Shown here one piece after another: positions 17,882-26,668 of a stretch of DNA of 56,271 nucleotides. Position 1 is the stretch's first letter; every line of letters begins with the position of its first letter. Below the pieces are notes generated by a model. That model saw only the letters and a list, made by a program, of their open reading frames with translations, made no database searches and was not told the origin of the DNA. The DNA is taken from positions 3,236 to 59,506 of the forward strand of contig CAZYTN010000001.1 in NCBI GenBank assembly GCA_964650115.1. The letters run 5' to 3'. The DNA comes from an uncultured Sulfuritalea sp. (GTDB lineage Bacteria > Pseudomonadota > Gammaproteobacteria > Burkholderiales > Rhodocyclaceae). Position numbers and translations under genes: made by a program.

Positions 17882-18480
17882 GATGATGATCCTTTTTCCG
17901 CGAACCATGATTGCTCCAGGCAGCGGCGAAGTCCGTTTCTGGCCCTGTGCAAAATGACGTGACAATTGCTGACGCTGATGCGCAGCTCGGCGCATACCTC
18001 ATCGGTATCGAATTCCAGGAACTCGCGCATCATGAAAACGCGCGCGGTATTCGGCGGCAGGTGATTCAGGCAGGCGTCGAAGACGGCCCAGAACTGATCC
18101 TGATGCATGGCGGCCTCTGGGTCGCCCCAATCGCGTGGTCTTGCTTCGGGGCGCCAATGAGCATTGGGCTTGAACAGGTCGTCAAATGCTTCGTCGAGAC
18201 CGGCCACTTCTTCAGTCAGCGCGCTGACATTGATCGATCGGCTGCGGACGCGAATCGCATCGACGATCTTGTTGCGAAGGATCCCGAAAACCCAGGTTTT
18301 GAGGGCAGAGCGTCCCGCGAATTTCCCTTGTCCCGCCAAGGCGCCCATCAGGGCATCCTGCACGACATCTTCCGCCAAATGTTCGTCCCGCAGCTGGAGA
18401 CGGGCAAAACGCAACATATCGTGGCGCAAGTCCAGCAGCTCGGTTTCGTCGTGCTTGAGTTGGTCAGAGCCGTTAATCAC
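17875..18480 (-). CDS. ECF sigma-70 factor (TIGR02943-like)
   Basis: FARLQLRD..AEDVVQDAL..FAGRSALKTWVFGILRNKIVD (region 2) and VFMMREFLE..NCHVILHRARNGLRRCL (region 4). Start estimated at GTG. Confidence 0.88.
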   Translation of the reverse strand: MINGSDQLKHDETELLDLRHDMLRFARLQLRDEHLAEDVVQDALMGALAGQGKFAGRSALKTWVFGILRNKIVDAIRVRSRSINVSALTEEVAGLDEAFDDLFKPNAHWRPEARPRDWGDPEAAMHQDQFWAVFDACLNHLPPNTARVFMMREFLEFDTDEVCAELRISVSNCHVILHRARNGLRRCLEQSWFAEKGSSSC

Positions 18481-18639
18481 AAGCTGCCCCTTGAAGTCCG
18501 CTCCATGCACCGTACCACGCGATTCGGGAAGAATTTCGGCCGTTGTTTCAGTGCGTGACTTCGGGACGACCTGCGACCGATCATACTTCCCCGGACGAAT
18601 CGAGTGCAGGGGCCATCGCGACAAGGTAGCCATGCCACT

Positions 18640-19287
18640 TCAATACACCGCATTGGCGGTGCTTTGGATAGAGCGGGCCTCGGGGAAGCGCGCGTAGAGT
18701 CGTTCGAGATCCCGTGGCAGATCGACGTCCCATAGAAGGTCAGGCTCGGTCCATTTCCACCCCAGCGTCGCCAGGCGCTGTCGGGTCTGCAGCATGACCT
18801 GGTCGCTGCCCCAGTCGATCCCCGCAAACAGTTCCGGCGCCGGTTTTTTCATGCCGATCAGGACATAGCCGCCGTCTTCGGCCGGAATCGCCACGGCATC
18901 GTTGTCGCTCAAGGCCCGCGCCGCCTGGCGCAGATGCGTGGCGCCCAGCGCCGGACAGTCGGTGCCGATCACCAGGGTTCCCGCTGGCGTGGCGGATGCC
19001 GCGACCGCCGCGAGCATGCGCTGGCCGAGATCACCCTCGGGCTGCTGGCGCAGCGTCACCGATCCAAAGGCGCGGCAAACCGCAAAGTCCCGATGGCTGG
19101 GATCGCCGGCGCACCACAGGCTTACCGGGCCGACGTCGGCGATCAGCGCCATCGCCACGCTACGCTGCAGCAGCCAGCGCTGCAGATCCGCCGCACCCGC
19201 CGCGCCAAGCGCGGGAATCAGCCGAGTCTTGGCCTGGCCGGGAATCGGCGCCCGGGCCAGGATGGCCACTCCGACGCGCGAATGCAT
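18640..19287 (-). CDS. TIGR04282/DUF2064 family glycosyltransferase-like protein
   Basis: ARAPIPGQAKTRL, QPEGDLGQRM, IGTDCP, PAEDGGYVLIG and WDVD. Confidence 0.88.
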   Translation of the reverse strand: MHSRVGVAILARAPIPGQAKTRLIPALGAAGAADLQRWLLQRSVAMALIADVGPVSLWCAGDPSHRDFAVCRAFGSVTLRQQPEGDLGQRMLAAVAASATPAGTLVIGTDCPALGATHLRQAARALSDNDAVAIPAEDGGYVLIGMKKPAPELFAGIDWGSDQVMLQTRQRLATLGWKWTEPDLLWDVDLPRDLERLYARFPEARSIQSTANAVY

Positions 19288-19366
19288 GGACTGATCACGC
19301 TTGATGTTCATCGACGATCCGTTATCCGATGGATGATGCATGGCCGTTGTGGATAGCCTTCGAGGC

Positions 19367-20098
19367 TTACAGTGGCGGACAATCGCTTGCGCTGGCGGCG
19401 AATCGAAAATCAGCGAAGCCGGCGCGTGCGTCCTCGCCGGTGTTGTCGGTATCCGTGGCGATGGCAAGCCCGGACAATTTCAGCGGGGCATGGCCAAAGG
19501 CCGCTTGAAAGTCGGCGCTGACGTCACGGCGTTCCTCGACCCAGCGTCCGGCCTCGCTTGCACCGGAACGCAGTACCAACATCCGGGCGCGCTCGGTATA
19601 GGCATTTGGCTGCCAGGTACCGACGGCATGGCGGTTGTCCCAGATGTAGTTGATCGCGGCATCGGGCACCTGGTCGCCATGGATGCTGCGCGCCAGGCCA
19701 AGGCCCATCCGTGTGCCAAGGCCAAGCAGGTCGGGCGCCACGACGAAGCTCAGATAGACCCGTGCGGCGTAGTCGTCTCCGGACTTATGCGTCATATCTG
19801 CGCGCTTCAGCGGCGCATCGATGCGCCAGCGCCAGCAAAGTATCGGGGTGCGGGCCAAGTCGATCGTCACCGGCCGCACCAGCAATGCCATGCTCTTCAC
19901 CGCATGGGCCTCCACAGCATGCACACCGTCCCACAGTCGGGTGCGATAGCTTGTCGGCGGAAGCTGCGGGTTTGGTCTCTCGATGCGCCACGGCGCAGGG
20001 ATCGCGGCATCGGGCGAGGTGAAGTCGCCGACCCAGACCGGCGCGGAAAGTGCCGATAGCGGCAGCAGCGCGAGGCAGGCATGGATCGCGCGTTTCAT
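19367..20098 (-). CDS. DUF3047 family periplasmic protein
   Basis: Signal peptide, WRWR, KSGDDYAARVY, INYIW and IATDTDNTG. Confidence 0.85.
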   Translation of the reverse strand: MKRAIHACLALLPLSALSAPVWVGDFTSPDAAIPAPWRIERPNPQLPPTSYRTRLWDGVHAVEAHAVKSMALLVRPVTIDLARTPILCWRWRIDAPLKRADMTHKSGDDYAARVYLSFVVAPDLLGLGTRMGLGLARSIHGDQVPDAAINYIWDNRHAVGTWQPNAYTERARMLVLRSGASEAGRWVEERRDVSADFQAAFGHAPLKLSGLAIATDTDNTGEDARAGFADFRFAASASDCPPL

Positions 20099-20883
20099 GC
20101 CCGATCTTCCACTGCCGATCCTTCGGCTTCGGCCCATTCGGCACGTCGATAGTCGAAGCCCGCCACCAGCGTGGGTTTGATCACCTCGAAGTAGGGAGAT
20201 ACGTCGAAATCCCGGGGCACGAAAAGGCTGTGGTGGCGGATATTGAGCACTTCGGCACGGCAGCCGGGGCAATCCGGGCGGTCGGCATCACGGCTGGAAA
20301 CGCGCGGCAGGACCGGATAGCGCACGGCCTGGAAACACTGTGCGATCAAGGTGGAGCAAATCGCCCGGGTCGGATCGCCGCTGCCCAGGGCAAGCAGGCT
20401 GCGCCGCCAGCGCAGCGGCACCGGTGGCGTCGGAATCAGATAGCGGGCGAGGTCGATGACGTTCTTCAAGTCGTATCGGTAGCCAATGCGGGCGCAGGCA
20501 TTTTCGATGAGCCGTTGCCGATCCTGCTGCGTCAGCCCGACCGGGCGGCAGATGCGGCAATGCGCGCCGGCGAAGGTCGAGAAGCCGACGGCCCGCACAC
20601 CTTCGACGATATCGGCCTCGACGAAACACAGCGCCGCACCGTTCGCATCGCGTCGCCCCAGGACGTCGCCGACATACAGCGCGCTATGCGACCAGGTGGA
20701 CTGGGTCAGGTACTTGATCGCCGTGCTGATGCGGCTGCTGCCCTCGACCAGCAGGACATCGCCCGGCTGCAGGGCCCTGGCGAGGAGATCCATGTCGGTT
20801 GCCGGCGAAGAACTGCAGACGTGCCTTTGCCCGCTCAACCAGCGCGCCAGCCAACTGCCGAGCCAGGCCGATGCCCGGTTCAC
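20095..20883 (-). CDS. YiiX/YebB-like permuted NlpC/P60 cysteine hydrolase
   Basis: LQPGDVLL, STWSHSALYVG, IGYRYD and ICSTLIA (His before Cys, the permuted order). Confidence 0.85.
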   Translation of the reverse strand: MNRASAWLGSWLARWLSGQRHVCSSSPATDMDLLARALQPGDVLLVEGSSRISTAIKYLTQSTWSHSALYVGDVLGRRDANGAALCFVEADIVEGVRAVGFSTFAGAHCRICRPVGLTQQDRQRLIENACARIGYRYDLKNVIDLARYLIPTPPVPLRWRRSLLALGSGDPTRAICSTLIAQCFQAVRYPVLPRVSSRDADRPDCPGCRAEVLNIRHHSLFVPRDFDVSPYFEVIKPTLVAGFDYRRAEWAEAEGSAVEDRA

Positions 20884-20931
20884 CGGCCGCCTCCTTTCCG
20901 TGTCATCGCGCTCGGTGCGTCGTCCATGATC

Positions 20932-21750
20932 TCAGCGTGAGGCCCGCTTCAGGTCGTTGAGCCGCCAGTCGTAGTCGAGGAAGTCCAGTTTGTAGTCGGC
21001 GTTGCGTACGCGCGCCTGACCCTCGGGACTGGCTGCCAGTTGGGCCGCATGTCGCGCGAAGGTAGTTTTCAGCGAGTCATAGCCCTTGTGCCCATTTGCG
21101 AAGTCCTTGCCGTACCAGTCGAAGATCTTCGACACCAGCAGCTGGCCCGAAGCGACGTCGAAGCGGTTGCGCGTACTGTCTCCCAGGAAGCGCCGCAGGC
21201 CGTCGTCGAGCTGGGCATCGACTTTCTCGGCAATGAAGGCTTCGGCGCGCAGCATCGGGCAGCCGATCGAGGCGCAGACCACGCCGGCGTGGATGCGCGG
21301 GTCGTCAAAGGCGCCAGGAGCGCGGATCAGGCCGTGCTCGATGTCGTCGAGGCTGCGCTCCTGGCCGAGCAGCATGAAGAACTTCTTTTTCCACGGCGAC
21401 TGGAACACCGAGCCAAGATCCTTGACGGATTCCAGATCGGGATATTTCGTCAGGATCAGTTCGACCGTGAAGGCGTTGTAGGCGTTGATCAGGAAGGCCA
21501 GGCGCTGCGGCTTGGTCCATTTGCCATACTCGGATTCGCTGACTGCCGAGAGGCTGGCGAGGTAGGCTATCAGCGTCGCCCGTTCGGCTTTCAGCGCCGC
21601 GTAGTCGACCGAGCTGGCATTGCCGCCGCTAAGCGGTTTGACGTGCTTCGCCAGCAAGATTTGCCAGCCAGCGTGAGAATGATCGAAGGAGTGCGCCATG
21701 CCGGCGAACAGCAGCACGGTCATGGCGAAGAGGATGCGGCGCAGCGTCAT
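20932..21750 (-). CDS. DUF547 family periplasmic protein
   Basis: Signal peptide, LAFLINAYNAFT, SLDDIEH, DPRIHAGVVCASIGCP and SKIFDWY. Confidence 0.88.
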   Translation of the reverse strand: MTLRRILFAMTVLLFAGMAHSFDHSHAGWQILLAKHVKPLSGGNASSVDYAALKAERATLIAYLASLSAVSESEYGKWTKPQRLAFLINAYNAFTVELILTKYPDLESVKDLGSVFQSPWKKKFFMLLGQERSLDDIEHGLIRAPGAFDDPRIHAGVVCASIGCPMLRAEAFIAEKVDAQLDDGLRRFLGDSTRNRFDVASGQLLVSKIFDWYGKDFANGHKGYDSLKTTFARHAAQLAASPEGQARVRNADYKLDFLDYDWRLNDLKRASR

Positions 21751-21752
21751 GA

Positions 21753-23900
21753 TCACGTTCCCCTGCGCCAGGCGTGGAAGCGCTGCACCCAGGCCAGCAG
21801 CTGCTGCGGCGCATGGGCTTTTTTCCACACTCCGGCGACGTACTTGTTGGCTTCGGCCAGGGTCGGGTAGATATGGATGGTGCCGAGGATCTTGTTGAGG
21901 CCGATGCCATGCTTCATGGCCAGCACGTACTCGGCGATCAGGTCGCCGGCATGCTCGCCGACGATGGTCACGCCCAGTATCCGATCCTTGCCCGGCACAG
22001 TCAGCACCTTGACGAAGCCGTGCGCTTCGCTGTCGGCGATGGCGCGGTCGAGGTCGTCGATGTCGTAGCGTGCCACTTCGAACGGGATGCCCTTTTCCCT
22101 GGCCTCGGTTTCGTTGAGGCCGACGCGCGCCACCTCCGGTTCGACGAAGGTCGCCCAGGGAATCACCGAATAGTCGGCCTTGAATTTCTTGAAGGGATCG
22201 AACAGGGCATTGACCGCTGCATACCACGCCTGGTGCGCCGCGGTATGGGTGAACTGGTAGGGACCGGCGACATCGCCCGCGGCATAGATGTTGGGATAAT
22301 TGGTCTGCAGGAAGTCATTGGTGTCCACCGTGCGAGTCGCGCTGACGCCGATTTCCTCCAGCCCATAGCCCGTCAGGTTGGCGACGCGACCCACGGCCAC
22401 GAGCACGGCATCAAACGGAATGCGTACATCACGTCCCTCATGCTCGGCGATCAGGATCTTCTCGCCCCCCTCCACGACGAATGCCTTCGCCTTGTGGTTC
22501 AGCAGGACATCGATGTCTTCCTGGCGAAAGCGCGCGGCGACCAGTTCGGAGACTTCCGGATCTTCGCGGATCATCAGGCGCGGCAGCATTTCGACCTGGC
22601 TGACCTTGGCGCCGAAGCGGGCGAAGGATTGCGTCAGTTCGCAGCCAATCGGTCCGCCGCCTAGCACTACCAGCCGCTTGGGGAGTTCGCGCAAGTTCCA
22701 GACGTTGTCCGATGTCAGGTAGCCGACTTCCTCGATGCCGGGAATCGGCGGCACGAAGGGCCGGGCGCCGGCGGCGATGACGATGCTGCGCGTGCTCATA
22801 CGCTCCGTGGCACCGTTGTGGCGCGTGAGCTCGACTTCCCAGGGCGAGGCGATTCTCGCGCTGCCCTCGATCACGTCGACGCCGAGCCCGGTGTAGCGTT
22901 CGACTGAATCGTGCGGCTCGACCTGGCGGATGACGTGCTGTACCCGCTCCATGATCTCGCCAAATGAAAAGTCGGCGCTGGCGCCACGGCAACCGAACTC
23001 CTTTGCCCGGGCAACGTGCGACAGGAACTTCGCCGTTCGGATCAGCGCCTTCGACGGCACACAGCCAGTGTTGAGGCAGTCGCCGCCGAGCTTGTGCTTT
23101 TCAATCAGGGTGACCTTGGCTTTCACGGCGGCGGCGATGTAGGCCGTGACCAGCCCGGCGCTGCCGCCGCCAATGACGATGATGTTGCGATCAAACTTCG
23201 CCGGCCGGATCCAGCGTGCATATATCTTGCGTGCCTTGATGCCGTCTACGATCTTTTTCGCGATCAAGGGAAAGATGCCGAGCAGCGCGAATGACGCTAT
23301 CAGGCCCGGTGAGAGGATGCCCGACAAGCTGGATATTCCCGCCAGTTGTGTGCCGGCATTCACATACACCAGGGTGCCGGCCAGCATGCCGATCTGACTG
23401 ACCCAGTAGAAGGCCGTGGTACGCATCGGCGTCAAACCCATCAGCAGGTTGATCATGAAGAAGGGGAACACCGGCACCAGGCGCAAGGTGAACAGGTAGA
23501 AACCTCCTTCGCGCCGGATGCCATCATCGATGGCCTGCAGGCGCTGGCCGAAGCGTGCGGTGACCCAGTCGCGTAACAGAAAGCGCGAGGCGAGAAAGGC
23601 CAAAGTGGCGCCGAGCGACGAGGCGAATGAGACCAACACCGTGCCCCATAGCAAACCAAACACCGCGCCGCCGGCCAGTGTCATCACTGCCGCACCGGGC
23701 AGCGATAGCGCGGTCACGGCGATATACACGACGAAAAATATTCCGGCGGCCAGCCAGGGATTGGCCAAACGATAATTTTCGATTGCAGCCTGCTGCGCCT
23801 TCAGCGCATCGAGACTGAAATACCGCCCCAGATCCAGCGCAAAATACAATACAGCGATAGCGACAACGACAACAACGACAAGCACTTTGCGCAATGACAA
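21753..23900 (-). CDS. VTT/DedA (SNARE-associated) membrane domain fused to a class I pyridine nucleotide-disulfide oxidoreductase
   Basis: N-terminal YdjX/TVP38-like TM domain (LRLVPVFPF), GGGSAG, CLNTGCVP redox disulfide, GGGPIG and HIYPTLAE. TTG start after GGAGA. Confidence 0.88.
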   Translation of the reverse strand: MSLRKVLVVVVVVAIAVLYFALDLGRYFSLDALKAQQAAIENYRLANPWLAAGIFFVVYIAVTALSLPGAAVMTLAGGAVFGLLWGTVLVSFASSLGATLAFLASRFLLRDWVTARFGQRLQAIDDGIRREGGFYLFTLRLVPVFPFFMINLLMGLTPMRTTAFYWVSQIGMLAGTLVYVNAGTQLAGISSLSGILSPGLIASFALLGIFPLIAKKIVDGIKARKIYARWIRPAKFDRNIIVIGGGSAGLVTAYIAAAVKAKVTLIEKHKLGGDCLNTGCVPSKALIRTAKFLSHVARAKEFGCRGASADFSFGEIMERVQHVIRQVEPHDSVERYTGLGVDVIEGSARIASPWEVELTRHNGATERMSTRSIVIAAGARPFVPPIPGIEEVGYLTSDNVWNLRELPKRLVVLGGGPIGCELTQSFARFGAKVSQVEMLPRLMIREDPEVSELVAARFRQEDIDVLLNHKAKAFVVEGGEKILIAEHEGRDVRIPFDAVLVAVGRVANLTGYGLEEIGVSATRTVDTNDFLQTNYPNIYAAGDVAGPYQFTHTAAHQAWYAAVNALFDPFKKFKADYSVIPWATFVEPEVARVGLNETEAREKGIPFEVARYDIDDLDRAIADSEAHGFVKVLTVPGKDRILGVTIVGEHAGDLIAEYVLAMKHGIGLNKILGTIHIYPTLAEANKYVAGVWKKAHAPQQLLAWVQRFHAWRRGT

Positions 23901-23930
23901 AATAGTCTCCCTGAACAATGCTGCCGAAAA

Positions 23931-23989
23931 CGAAGTTTCAGTGAAGGCCAACGCCGGCTCTATCGGCGTTAAGCGCAGCGGCAGGAACT
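23931..23989. repeat. 59-bp hairpin mini-element, copy A
   Basis: Matches the reverse complement of 24284-24342 at 52 of 59 positions. Internal hairpin AACGCCG..CGGCGTT, flanked by AAAA and TAAA. Confidence 0.8.
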
Positions 23990-24017
23990 TAAAGAAGGAT
24001 TTTTCGGTTTTGTAACT

Positions 24018-24045
24018 TGGTCGGTGATTGCCAGAAAAACTTACA
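24018..24045 (-). promoter_or_regulatory. Putative ECF promoter (TGTAAG-N16-CGACCA)
   Basis: Repeated motif, oriented toward the VTT-oxidoreductase to ECF-sigma operon. Confidence 0.7.
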
Positions 24046-24071
24046 GGTCGAATGGACGGCCCGCGCGTGAA

Positions 24072-24100
24072 TGTAAGAAACACATTGGCATGACCGACCA
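24072..24100 (+). promoter_or_regulatory. Putative ECF promoter (TGTAAG-N17-CGACCA)
   Basis: Repeated motif, 33 nt upstream of the ATG at 24134. Confidence 0.7.
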
Positions 24101-24133
24101 ATCGGGAACGCTTTTATCGAGGAGGACGCAGGG

Positions 24134-24565
24134 ATGGAACGCGCTACCGTAAGCATCAACAATCATGAGGTCCTGGTTGAATGGACGCCGGCCGCCGGAC
24201 GCGAGTTGGCACGCCGTTCCACGCCTTTGATCGTGGAGTTGGAACTTTACTTTTCCTGCCTGGTAAAGAAGTTCGTGCATTTTAGTTACGGCCGCTACGC
24301 TTAACGCCGATAAAACCGGCGTTAGCCTGCACTGAAACTTCGTTTTCGCGAAGATTCACGCGGACGCGAAACCGTATCCGCGGGCGAGAAGATTCGCTTG
24401 TATTTTCGGCCAGTGACGTCGACGGCCTGCACGTTCGAGGTGGCCGAACGCCTCGGACGCCAGCCGGAGATGGACATCGACACCCCGGCAACGCGACGAA
24501 TCGCGCCCAAGCGCGTCAGCCTCGACCACGTCGGCGGCGTCTGGCGCGGTAGTTTCAGCCTGTAA
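24134..24565 (+). pseudogene. Small hypothetical gene (122 aa when restored) interrupted by a mini-element
   Basis: GAGGAGG RBS. MERATV..ELELYFSCLVKKFVHF continues in frame as REDSRG..FRPVTSTAC..WRGSFSL* once 24284-24346 is removed. The insert carries an in-frame TAA at 24302. Confidence 0.75.
24284..24342. mobile_element. 59-bp hairpin mini-element (MITE/REP-like), copy B
   Basis: Flanked by TTTT at 24280-24283 and 24343-24346, sits inside a coding frame, and is an inverted near-copy of 23931-23989. Confidence 0.7.
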
Positions 24566-26668
24566 TCAGGCAGGTTTGTAGTCGCGTACCCAAGCCAGGA
24601 AATCATCCAGCGGCATCGGCCGCGCCACCACATAACCCTGCACCAGGTCGCAACCGTTGCTCTCCAGCCAGGCCAGTTCCGTCGCCATTTCCGCGCCCTC
24701 GGCGACGACCGACAGGCCAAGCTCGCGGCACAGCAAAATGGTCGAGCGCACGATGGCGGCGTTCTTCGTATCGGTATCCACGCCATCGACGAAGGCGCGA
24801 TCAATTTTCAGTTCATGCACCGGCAGGGTCTTGACATAGGCCAGCGATGCCTGGCCCGATCCGTAATCGTCGATCGACAGCTTGACGCCGAGCGCGGCCA
24901 GCTCGTTCAGGTGTTGCAGGGCCAGTTCCGGTTCGTTCATCAGCGCGCTCTCGGTGATTTCCAGGCAAAGCCGATCTGCCGGCAACGAGGATTCGTCGAG
25001 CAGGCGTCGCACCATGCCGACGAGATCGCGATTCAGCAAGTCGAGCGCGGAGAGATTGGCCGAGGCAATCACTTCGATGCCGTCTTGCCGCCACATCGCG
25101 GCGTCGCCTATCACACGCCCCAGTACCCAGGGCGTGATCTCGCGGATGAAGCCGGTCTGCTCGGCAAAGGGGATGAAGCTTCCCGGCGCAATCATTCCCT
25201 TCTCCGGATGCCACCAGCGAACCAGGGCTTCGGCGGCGTCGATGCGCTGCCCGGCCAAATGCAGCTTGGGCTGGTAATGGATCAGGAATTCACCGCGTTC
25301 CAGTGCTTCGCGCATCTCGCCGATCAGCGACAGCTCCTCGTGGGCAGGTTCCGCCTCGTCTCCGTCGCTGAAGACATAAGCCTCGTGCCTTCGTTTGGCC
25401 AGGGCCATCGCCCGATCCGCTCGCCGCATCAGCGCGGTAAAGCTATCGCCATCGCGCGGATACATGACGATGCCGAGGCTGGCATCGATATCGAGACGCT
25501 GGCCATCGACCAGCATCGGTGCGCGCAGCGCCGCAAGTATCTGTCCGGCATGGCGCGCCGCAGCAGCCTGGTCGGCATTCTCCAGCAGCAGGGCAAACTG
25601 GTCACCCCAGAGGCGAGCGAGCGTGCAGCCCTTGCCCTGAACTTGACAAAGCCGCGCGGCAATCTCGCACAGCAGGCGGTCACCGACCGCGTGGCCCAGC
25701 GCATCGTTGATGGGTGCGAAGCGGTTGATGTCCAGTACCATCAAAGCGCCGTTGCCGCCCGCCGGCAGCGCGCCGAGTATTTCCAGAAAGCGCGTGCGAT
25801 TGGGCAGGCCGGTGAGCAGATCGACATAGGCCAGGCGCGAGATTCTTTCCTCGCGGCTGGCAATGCTGTCGCGCATGGTGGCGAGCGAACCCAGCAAGGC
25901 GCCAATTTCATCTCGCCTGCCGGCCGGCACCGTTGCCTTGTAATCGCCACCGGCAATGCGCTCGGCGACAGCGACAGCCTTGCGCACCGGTACCACGATG
26001 CTGCGCGCGATCGCCCAAGCCATGACGATGCCGGCCAGGAGAGCGCCGATCGCAAGCACGATCACCATTCGCCGCGCGTCCCAGGCCGCGACCCTGAGCT
26101 GCTCAAGTTCGATCTGCGTTGTTTGGTGCAGGTTTGCTTCCATTGCCTGGCTCTCGTACAAGAGCGTGTTCAGTACTTTCTGCGTTCGGTCTTCGAAATG
26201 CCGCCGTGCCGCGAGGCCGCCTTCGATTTCGATCGTCTCCACGGTGGTCTGAAGCAGATCGGCGTAGCGCTTGCGCAGGTCGACGATGCGCTCGATGTCG
26301 GCGCGCAGCGCGGGGACCAGCGATGCCTTTTGCATATCCGCGACGGCGGCGTCACCCGCCGCGGTTTCCGCGTCCATCGCGACATAGAGCGGAACGCGCA
26401 GTTCGCGCTCGGTCGTCTGCATCAGATTGAGCAGATCGATGGCGGCGGCCTGGGCATGCTGGTTGGCTCGCTGCGAATGGATCACGAGTTGCGCCTGGCG
26501 GTCGACGATCTCCTTGGTTCTGGCGGTCAAGTCCTCCAGTCGCTGCAGCGGCAGGGCGGCAACCACGAACAGCAGTCCGAGCAGGACCGCAAAGCCGAGG
26601 ACAAGCCGCGCGCCGATGGAACCTGGGCGGAAGACGAGGTTGCGCATGATTTCAGGCATGCCGCCCAC
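24566..26668 (-). CDS. Membrane-bound HAMP-GGDEF(degenerate)-EAL c-di-GMP phosphodiesterase
   Basis: Two TM helices, HAMP, DLLTGLPNR, WGDQF in place of GGDEF, and intact EALVRW, EITES, DDYGSG and LKID. Confidence 0.9.
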   Translation of the reverse strand: MGGMPEIMRNLVFRPGSIGARLVLGFAVLLGLLFVVAALPLQRLEDLTARTKEIVDRQAQLVIHSQRANQHAQAAAIDLLNLMQTTERELRVPLYVAMDAETAAGDAAVADMQKASLVPALRADIERIVDLRKRYADLLQTTVETIEIEGGLAARRHFEDRTQKVLNTLLYESQAMEANLHQTTQIELEQLRVAAWDARRMVIVLAIGALLAGIVMAWAIARSIVVPVRKAVAVAERIAGGDYKATVPAGRRDEIGALLGSLATMRDSIASREERISRLAYVDLLTGLPNRTRFLEILGALPAGGNGALMVLDINRFAPINDALGHAVGDRLLCEIAARLCQVQGKGCTLARLWGDQFALLLENADQAAAARHAGQILAALRAPMLVDGQRLDIDASLGIVMYPRDGDSFTALMRRADRAMALAKRRHEAYVFSDGDEAEPAHEELSLIGEMREALERGEFLIHYQPKLHLAGQRIDAAEALVRWWHPEKGMIAPGSFIPFAEQTGFIREITPWVLGRVIGDAAMWRQDGIEVIASANLSALDLLNRDLVGMVRRLLDESSLPADRLCLEITESALMNEPELALQHLNELAALGVKLSIDDYGSGQASLAYVKTLPVHELKIDRAFVDGVDTDTKNAAIVRSTILLCRELGLSVVAEGAEMATELAWLESNGCDLVQGYVVARPMPLDDFLAWVRDYKPA

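Noticed and set aside
21753-23900. Mercuric reductase merA or lipoamide dehydrogenase
   Set aside because: No C-terminal Cys-Cys, no HMA domain, fused to a VTT membrane domain, and not in a mer or 2-oxoacid dehydrogenase operon.
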